From Anaerolineaceae bacterium (GTDB lineage: Bacteria > Chloroflexota > Anaerolineae > Anaerolineales > Anaerolineaceae), in assembly GCA_036744375.1 (NCBI GenBank), contig DAINSU010000003.1:7154-71153 (forward strand): a stretch of 64,000 nt of DNA. The letters run 5' to 3'. Of this stretch, positions 35,879 through 42,725 are shown piece by piece. The translations under genes and the position numbers were made by a program. The stretch's first letter is position 1. The number at the start of each line of letters is the position of its first letter. The notes beneath the pieces were generated by a model. The model saw nothing but the letters and a program-made list of their open reading frames with translations. It was not told where the DNA came from and ran no database searches.

Positions 35879-36585
35879 GCTACATGTTCCTCGCTCAATA
35901 CTTCTATTAGGTAAATTAGGTTCTTTTCCGCTTCACGGATAAAATGGTAATCCGCACGCGCCAGTAGCTTGCTGAAATTTGCTGTGGCAAAAGCAGCAGG
36001 AACCTGGCTTTCATTCGTGGCGCTAACAGTCCAGTAGAGCTGGGCATTATTCCAATCTGGGTGTTCCTCGAGCAGTTGGATCGCTCGAGTTTGCTGTGGT
36101 GTTCGTGCTTCAATCCGCTGCATAATAAAATGTAAATAGGTCACTAGTGCCAAGTTAAGGTCGCGGTTGTTACTTGCATAGATGTTGTAATGAAAACGTG
36201 CTTTAGCAATAACTTTGAGTACTTCTGAATTGGGCTCCCGTTTGAGTTCCTCAAGGGCATCCGAGGCTCGCCAAATTGCCTCACCATTAATCCGTTCAGC
36301 TTCGGAGCGATTTTCACTCTCAATTCCCCCAATCCCTAAACCAACGTAAAATCGAAGCTGTGCAGCCTTGGCTTGAGAGTGCAAGCAACGGAAAGCCCGA
36401 TAGCCTGCCTGTATATTGCCATAGACAGCAAAAAGTTCATCTCCAGCTCGCAAAGTAAAGGGAATCAGCACGTCCTCCGAGGCTTTTTGGTTGAGCACCT
36501 CAACAGTGTCCGGTAGTTTTGAAGCTTCTCCCGTCTTTCGTGAGCCAACCAAGTCGGCCCGTATGCATACAAACGCTTGTGCCAC
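35875..36585 (-). CDS. SatD-like protein (hypothetical)
   Basis: The N-terminus has IRADLVGSRK and the protein is about 235 aa. I recall pairing with DUF3307 as the usual SatD context, but this was not verified by search. The start codon is GTG. Confidence 0.5.
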   Translation of the reverse strand: MAQAFVCIRADLVGSRKTGEASKLPDTVEVLNQKASEDVLIPFTLRAGDELFAVYGNIQAGYRAFRCLHSQAKAAQLRFYVGLGIGGIESENRSEAERINGEAIWRASDALEELKREPNSEVLKVIAKARFHYNIYASNNRDLNLALVTYLHFIMQRIEARTPQQTRAIQLLEEHPDWNNAQLYWTVSATNESQVPAAFATANFSKLLARADYHFIREAEKNLIYLIEVLSEEHVA

Positions 36586-36634
36586 TGCCTAGCTCTTTCC
36601 AATCAGGCTTTTCCTCTTGCTGCCTGATTTACTA

Positions 36635-36705
36635 TATAATACCTGATATTTCGGTATTTTGTCAATAGTACTGTATATTCAGGTATTATTGAGAGAATAC
36701 CGGGA
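36635..36705 (-). promoter_or_regulatory. promoter with operator-like AATACC/GGTATT repeats upstream of the SatD-like operon
   Basis: The minus strand reads cccggtattc..aatacctgaatat..ttgacaaaataccgaaatatcaggtattat. A ttgaca -35 and tattat -10 are interleaved with four AATACC/GGTATT half sites. Confidence 0.45.
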
Positions 36706-36752
36706 AATTAGGTAAGCTGCAATCAATACTGGATAAATCGTCCTAATTTTGT

Positions 36753-38093
36753 CTAATCCTTAGTCTCTTCTTCCTCTCCGCTGCCTAAGGCTTTCCCGTC
36801 CTGCTGCTCGGTGCTCAAATGCGGGAGCTGCCCGCCCCGTAGGTGCACTTGGTCAAACCACTCAGGTTTGATGGCAAGCTCATTCCCGCTCAACAAACCA
36901 AAGACGCCTTCTTGTGGATCGGGCACAGCCGGCTTATAAGGCGCTATCAGGCTCTCATCCGGCTCCTGGTAATCATCCGGCTCGGCATAAGCCGAAATGT
37001 AGCCCTCAAAGTTGCGCAGGACGACCTTATCACTCGAAGCGGAGAGCACATAATTGGGCATCACCGGAACCTTCCCGCCACCCCCAGGCGCATCGATCAC
37101 ATAGGTGGGCACGCATAATCCAGAAGTATGCCCGCGCAAGGCTTCCATAATTTCCAAACCCTTCGCTACCGTGGTGCGGAAGTGCCCCGCACCTTCCACC
37201 AAGTCGCATTGATAAATGTAATAAGGCCGCACGCGAATGCGCACCAGATCTTGCACCAAACGGCGCATGAGGTACGGGTCGTCGTTGACGCCAGCCAGCA
37301 ATACCGATTGATTGCCGAGCGGGATGCCCGCTCGGGTGAGTTTATCGCAAGCCTCAGCCAATTCAGCCGTAATCTCGTTGGGGTGGTTCACATGAATGTT
37401 GAGCCACAGCGGGTGAAAGCGCTGCAGCAAATCACAAAGGGCATCATCAACGCGCTGGGGCATAAACACCGGCACACGCGAGCCGATGCGGATGATTTCT
37501 ACATGCGGGATTTCCCGCAAGGCGGTCAGCACCCGCTCAAGTACCTTAGGCGCCATGGTCAGAGGGTCACCGCCGGAAATGAGCACATCACGGATCTGCG
37601 GTGTACGCCGGATGTATTCCAATTGGGCGTCAAAATAACGGCTGGAAATGGCTTGATGCGGGTCGCCGACCAAGCGTGAGCGCGTGCAATAGCGGCAGTA
37701 ACTGGCACACTGGTTTGTAACCAACATCAGTACCCTATCGGGGTAACGGTGCACCAGACCAGGCACCGGTGAGTGCATATCCTCGGCTAACGAGTCTTCC
37801 ATCATGCCGCTGAAGGGTAGGATTTCCTTCTCAGTAGGGATCACCTGGCGGCGGATGGGGTCCAGCGGATCCGCTGGGTCGATCAGCGAGGCGAAGTAGG
37901 GTGTGATGTCTACGCGGAAGAGCCCAGGCGTGCTCAGAGCTTTGCGCTCGCTCTCGGTGAGGGGGAAAAGCTGCTCGAAATCTGCGACAGTGTTGAGCCG
38001 GTGGCTGAGCTGCCAGTGCCAATCGTTCCATTGCTCATCAGGAATATCCTGGAAAACTGGCGCGCGCTTGGATGGGAATGGGGTGTTGGGCAT
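36753..38093 (-). CDS. kamA: lysine 2,3-aminomutase (KamA-family radical SAM enzyme)
   Basis: Contains the radical-SAM cluster motif CASYCRYCTRS, DVLISGGDPL and GNQSVLLAGVND. The RBS is aaggagagg. Confidence 0.9.
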   Translation of the reverse strand: MPNTPFPSKRAPVFQDIPDEQWNDWHWQLSHRLNTVADFEQLFPLTESERKALSTPGLFRVDITPYFASLIDPADPLDPIRRQVIPTEKEILPFSGMMEDSLAEDMHSPVPGLVHRYPDRVLMLVTNQCASYCRYCTRSRLVGDPHQAISSRYFDAQLEYIRRTPQIRDVLISGGDPLTMAPKVLERVLTALREIPHVEIIRIGSRVPVFMPQRVDDALCDLLQRFHPLWLNIHVNHPNEITAELAEACDKLTRAGIPLGNQSVLLAGVNDDPYLMRRLVQDLVRIRVRPYYIYQCDLVEGAGHFRTTVAKGLEIMEALRGHTSGLCVPTYVIDAPGGGGKVPVMPNYVLSASSDKVVLRNFEGYISAYAEPDDYQEPDESLIAPYKPAVPDPQEGVFGLLSGNELAIKPEWFDQVHLRGGQLPHLSTEQQDGKALGSGEEEETKD

Positions 38094-38124
38094 GTCCTCT
38101 CCTTAATTGTGTATTAGATATTAT

Positions 38125-39786
38125 TCACAATAACATATCTGTAATTTTTCTTGTGACTCTGTCGACGATGCTGCCTACCTCAAATAAAGCATCAAAGGTA
38201 TCAAGGTCCTCATTTTCTGCCCGTTCATATTGAACAGCAAGCGCATATTCTACAACCGCAATTTCATAAGTTAATCCCCTAAATTCTTTTGAATCCAATA
38301 TCCCATTTGCATTATTTTTCGCCGCTACTATTTGAGGATGGTTGAGATTTATGTAGATAGTTCTTTCATCTTTCTTATATTCTGAGCGTTTGTCCTCTGG
38401 AGAACCTTCAATGTATGATACTGAAAACACTCCTCTTTTCACTTTTCTTTGGGAGTCCGTTTGTCCCATCTCTTTCGGAGATCCATGATGATCGCCTGGG
38501 ATTAAATTTGGCCCTAATTCACGGGGTGTTTCTCCTTCGCCAGGCGGTAAAATGCCTTCACTTTTTCCATCTCCTCTTTCATAACCTGCTGGAGAGAAAA
38601 GAGATATCAGATCACCTTCGCCGGGCAAGATTTGTCCTTTGTCACTCGTTATTTCTTGAAGTTTTCGTACTTGCGTGGATGTAATCTTTCTCGCTAATTC
38701 ATACTGTTCTAAAATACCAACGAAATCTGCATTTAATATATTCTCAAGCTCTTTTGAGCTTTGTTGTAATTTTTTATATTGCTCTGATTTTTTTCTTTCC
38801 TCTTCCTGTTTAACAATTTCTTTCCTTACTTCCTCTACATGTTGACCAATCCAAGCCAAAAGTATAACAACAGTCGGATTTGCGCGATTTAGCTGGTTAT
38901 TACGCGTATTATCAAAAGGTGGTATGGAGGAATTATCGTCCTCAAGTTTTTCTATGTCTACTTCACCAAAAATCCTGTTTGAGTATTCCTTGTTTTCCGA
39001 TTCGGCTAAAGTTGTTTCATGCCATATGCCATAGGATAATATGTCTACCCCGACAAATTCCGCGTCCAGAGGCTTCGGAGAGACTTTTATAATCAGATCA
39101 ATTGACCCGAGTTTCTCTTTTAGTTCTAAGGTTTCCGGACTGAATTTATAGATATTGGTATAAGCTGGTTCTGTAAATTTACAAGTATGACCATTTATTA
39201 TTACTGTCGCTTTTTGTTTATATCTACTTAAATTTCTTTCAATAAACAGAATGGTTCTTTCAAAATTAATTTTGCCATCAATAAAATCTGAGATAAATAC
39301 TTTAGTCCCATCTTGGCTGTTATCATCACTGATTTTTTCATTATCTACTAAAATTTCAACTGGGAAGGAGCTGCCATCGATAGCACTTTCTATCATTTTT
39401 CTTGTCAATTTAACATTATTTCTAAATCCATTCTTAATAGTATCAATTTCTAATGCATTAGCAATTCCAAAAGCAGCAGATTTCCCGGTTCCAAAACGTC
39501 CTCTGACTCTTTTGCCTTTTTTCCTTTGAACATTTTCCCCATGCATTTGGAAAAAGCGGATTAAGTCATCCTTAGACATACCTACTCCATTATCTGCAAT
39601 AACAAGTTTTTTTGGAGCCGAAGGGAATAAATCTACATTTACTGTAATGGGAATATCTTCTTTGGCATTATCTAAAGAATTAGATACATATTCCCAAACA
39701 ACTTTAGGTAAGGTATTAAAATAGGCTGAGTTTTGAAGAAAATCACGAGCTACATGGCTTGAAACTAAAATATCACGATTCGACAT
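38125..39786 (-). CDS. MORC-like GHKL (Bergerat-fold, HATPase_c_3-type) ATPase with coiled coil and C-terminal domain
   Basis: N-box EYVSNSLDNA, G1 box DNGVGM and G2 box GRFGTGKSAAFG are present. ATG 39786 is preceded by aagaaggagaagg, and the track start at 39807 is TTG. The gene lies in the AT-rich island. Confidence 0.8.
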   Translation of the reverse strand: MSNRDILVSSHVARDFLQNSAYFNTLPKVVWEYVSNSLDNAKEDIPITVNVDLFPSAPKKLVIADNGVGMSKDDLIRFFQMHGENVQRKKGKRVRGRFGTGKSAAFGIANALEIDTIKNGFRNNVKLTRKMIESAIDGSSFPVEILVDNEKISDDNSQDGTKVFISDFIDGKINFERTILFIERNLSRYKQKATVIINGHTCKFTEPAYTNIYKFSPETLELKEKLGSIDLIIKVSPKPLDAEFVGVDILSYGIWHETTLAESENKEYSNRIFGEVDIEKLEDDNSSIPPFDNTRNNQLNRANPTVVILLAWIGQHVEEVRKEIVKQEEERKKSEQYKKLQQSSKELENILNADFVGILEQYELARKITSTQVRKLQEITSDKGQILPGEGDLISLFSPAGYERGDGKSEGILPPGEGETPRELGPNLIPGDHHGSPKEMGQTDSQRKVKRGVFSVSYIEGSPEDKRSEYKKDERTIYINLNHPQIVAAKNNANGILDSKEFRGLTYEIAVVEYALAVQYERAENEDLDTFDALFEVGSIVDRVTRKITDMLL

Positions 39787-40378
39787 CCTTCTCCTTCTTA
39801 ACAACAAATTTTTCTTGAAGAAATTGCCAACAAGATTCTAATTTTTCATCATCTCTAACTACATTACTAATTAGAGCGTATCGTCTCTGAAGAGCATGAG
39901 CTGGAAAGTATTCATTAACTCGGGCAAAATCTTGAAAATCTCCAAAGGTAATATTTTCACTTTCACCTGAAATATACTTTATGTAAGCTGTGCTGGAAGC
40001 TAATCTATTTTTTTCTAAAATTAATTTTTCCGCAATAGATCTATTTCTATAAGAAGAGCTTTTTATTGATTCCGATGTTGTTGCGAGAGATTTCACCAAG
40101 GAAAAACCATCTGCAGTTAGCATGAAACCGTGACTATAATTTCCTGAGACTAATGAAGGACCCCTTTTTGGTTTCATTGCATCTTTGATTGCATAGGTTA
40201 CAACTCGTAAGTCTATTTTATCTTTATACTTTCTCCAGCTGAACTTTTCTGGCGCGTATTCATATACTTTTATTGCAATATCTTCAATGTCAATCGAATT
40301 CGTTTCTCCACCCAGGTCAAAAATGGCTAAAAGGACAATCTGAACATTTGATAATTCATTAGTCTTTTGGTTAATCAT
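39773..40378 (-). CDS. hypothetical 201-aa protein (middle gene of the AT-rich island)
   Basis: It is coupled to both neighbours: an ATGATTAA overlap upstream and a 14-nt overlap downstream. I can name no motif, and the wHTH-like N-terminus is only a guess. Confidence 0.6.
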   Translation of the reverse strand: MINQKTNELSNVQIVLLAIFDLGGETNSIDIEDIAIKVYEYAPEKFSWRKYKDKIDLRVVTYAIKDAMKPKRGPSLVSGNYSHGFMLTADGFSLVKSLATTSESIKSSSYRNRSIAEKLILEKNRLASSTAYIKYISGESENITFGDFQDFARVNEYFPAHALQRRYALISNVVRDDEKLESCWQFLQEKFVVKKEKDVES

Positions 40379-42521
40379 TGATTTTTCTCACGATTATCTT
40401 GGGAGATTCCCTAGAATCAAATGTTAATTGAATTCTATCGCCAATTGTCACATTTAGAGCATTAAATGCCTTTCCCAATCCCCAAATTAAAGATTCATCT
40501 CGTTGAGCTATTCCTTTTTGTAATCCATCAACATATACAGGCCAACCGTTATCCAGACTTGGCAATTGTTGGCAGGAACGCGAAACACTAATTACTCCTC
40601 CTCTAGCCCATGAATTAACATTTAATTCATATTTGATGGTGCCATCAATACTATATGTAACTTTTGCATCTTTTGAATATAACTCTTGTCGTTGTTTTGC
40701 TGCTTCTAATTCTTGAATAGAAAAATTTTTTCCTCTTAAAATATAAAACCCTGTATCAACTCTTTCGACTATTGGAGACATGCCCATGATTCTGACTACG
40801 GCCGTAGAAGCTGAATATCCTTCCTTCAAATATCGGTCAATAATTTCTTGAAAGGAAATAACTGGTCCTTTTTCTTTAATTAATTCTAAAAATATTTTTT
40901 CACTTCCAGTTAGATTTCCTTTTAAATGACCATCATAATAAACAATATCATGTTGTATTGAAAATCCTAGTAATTGAAGAAAATACAACATTACCGAGTT
41001 TGGAGATATTACGTATTTATTTCTAGAAATATATCGCCTGATCCCGTCGCAAAAAGTCTCGAATTTTAACTCTCCACATGCATTAATCATCGATAATCCT
41101 GCGTTTAAGATCGGATTTCGAGAATTAATTAATATAACGCTTTTTAAGCTAAACCAATTGTCAATTATTTCTTTATAACCCAAGGAGTTTAATAGATCTG
41201 CAGTGGATTCAGGATCAATGCCAACTATTTCTGATGCTTGCGAAATGTGAATTCCTCCTGTAAAGTTTACAATCCGTTGAATTTTCTTTTTTTGTATGGT
41301 AGTCAGATCTGATAAAGCTTTTAGATTTTTTAGCTTTTCTTCAGAATTTATAATTTGTTTTACATTTCGTGGGATTGAAACATGAGCAGGTAATGAGGCA
41401 GAATCTTTTATCAACGCGCATAATATATCAAATGCATCATTTTCACCAAGCACAATATTTCCTGAAACAATTTTTTTATCTAGTAATGTGGAACGCCAAA
41501 CAGTTTTACTTAAATCTTCTCCCATTTCCTCTGCAAATAAAAAGGAGGACTGAAGAAATATCATAGGTAAATTATTCATATTGTTCGATAATTTGTTATT
41601 TGTAAGGTTTAATATTTGGCGCACTCGTTCTCGAGTAATTCCAAAGTATTCGCCTATCTGTTGGTAAGTGTAATTCTTAACATTTCGTAAAATGTATATC
41701 TCAATATATCTGTCTGAACAACATGAAAAAACTTGTTTCAATTCCTCATCAAGGTTTTTTTGTTCAGTAAATTTAATAAATTGTTCTATAAATCTATATA
41801 TATCTGCATCGTTCATAGATCGAGCTTCAAAAAGTTTCTTCAGGCTTGTTCCCGCGATCCCCGCTTTAGAATGTATAGACCCATTTTGAACACAAGATTG
41901 TAGATACTCAATACATGCATCAAATATCCGCAGATTAATATTTTCGTCCTCGGAAAAGAAATAGATAAGGTCTGAAAGAAATGAGAATAAATCATCTATT
42001 GATTTTATGCAGATTGATTCAAGCCTGTCTACTGTCCCCTTTGGCAATTGATTTTTAAAGATAAAGATTGGAATATTTTTTATAAAATCTGGCAAAGATT
42101 CTTGTAATTGTTTACTTTCTGCGAATTCTTCTAAAGTATTAATTCCAATTGTTTTATTATTCTGTTCTATTGAAGATTTAGTTTCTATAGATGGAGAATG
42201 TCCTTTAATATATAAATCCGTTTTTTCTATAATTATTCGAACTGAATCTCTACCAATATAACGAATATTTCCTAGCTGATCGTTATTAATAAGATTAACA
42301 ACTTCATAAACACTATTTACACCAACTCTTTTTAAACCATTAAAACATCTTTTTGGTAAATCTAGTAGTTCAATCGGGACATTTTTTAACACTTCAATAT
42401 AGTTAGGGGGTAATTTCTCCATTTCATTATTCGATTGATATAATTTTCCTTGGTAGTAATCACCTTTGAATTCGTGTTGAGTAGAATTTTTATCTTTATT
42501 CATAATTCCTAGATATAACAT
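40371..42521 (-). CDS. hypothetical 716-aa protein with RpoA alpha-CTD-like HhH and sigma-70 region-4-like HTH
   Basis: IELLDLPKRCFNGLKRVGVNSVYEVVNL fits the alpha-CTD HhH pattern, and SDRYIEIYILRNVKNYTYQQIGEYFGITRERVRQILNLTNNKL fits sigma region 4. ATG 42503, preceded by aggaa, is a likely alternative start. Confidence 0.7.
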   Translation of the reverse strand: MLYLGIMNKDKNSTQHEFKGDYYQGKLYQSNNEMEKLPPNYIEVLKNVPIELLDLPKRCFNGLKRVGVNSVYEVVNLINNDQLGNIRYIGRDSVRIIIEKTDLYIKGHSPSIETKSSIEQNNKTIGINTLEEFAESKQLQESLPDFIKNIPIFIFKNQLPKGTVDRLESICIKSIDDLFSFLSDLIYFFSEDENINLRIFDACIEYLQSCVQNGSIHSKAGIAGTSLKKLFEARSMNDADIYRFIEQFIKFTEQKNLDEELKQVFSCCSDRYIEIYILRNVKNYTYQQIGEYFGITRERVRQILNLTNNKLSNNMNNLPMIFLQSSFLFAEEMGEDLSKTVWRSTLLDKKIVSGNIVLGENDAFDILCALIKDSASLPAHVSIPRNVKQIINSEEKLKNLKALSDLTTIQKKKIQRIVNFTGGIHISQASEIVGIDPESTADLLNSLGYKEIIDNWFSLKSVILINSRNPILNAGLSMINACGELKFETFCDGIRRYISRNKYVISPNSVMLYFLQLLGFSIQHDIVYYDGHLKGNLTGSEKIFLELIKEKGPVISFQEIIDRYLKEGYSASTAVVRIMGMSPIVERVDTGFYILRGKNFSIQELEAAKQRQELYSKDAKVTYSIDGTIKYELNVNSWARGGVISVSRSCQQLPSLDNGWPVYVDGLQKGIAQRDESLIWGLGKAFNALNVTIGDRIQLTFDSRESPKIIVRKIND

Positions 42522-42651
42522 TCATCGAGTTACTATATATTTACCTATGTTACATAAATTTTTCCCCAGTTCAAATGTATATTTTATCCTTTGGAGTTTT
42601 GTTTATCAAGGTCTGATTGATAAAGAGATAAGTTTTCCTTCCGCTTCCTTA

Positions 42652-42660
42652 TGCTATAAT
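42652..42660 (+). promoter_or_regulatory. extended -10 element (TGcTATAAT) of the candidate secA promoter
   Basis: tgctataat lies at 42652-42660, about 65 nt upstream of the secA ATG. The -35 is weak. Confidence 0.45.
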
Positions 42661-42725
42661 ACCCACTAGCTGCCAAACCGGCTTGCGCCAGATTTGGCAG
42701 AATTTGTGAAGGAAATACCTTAAGC

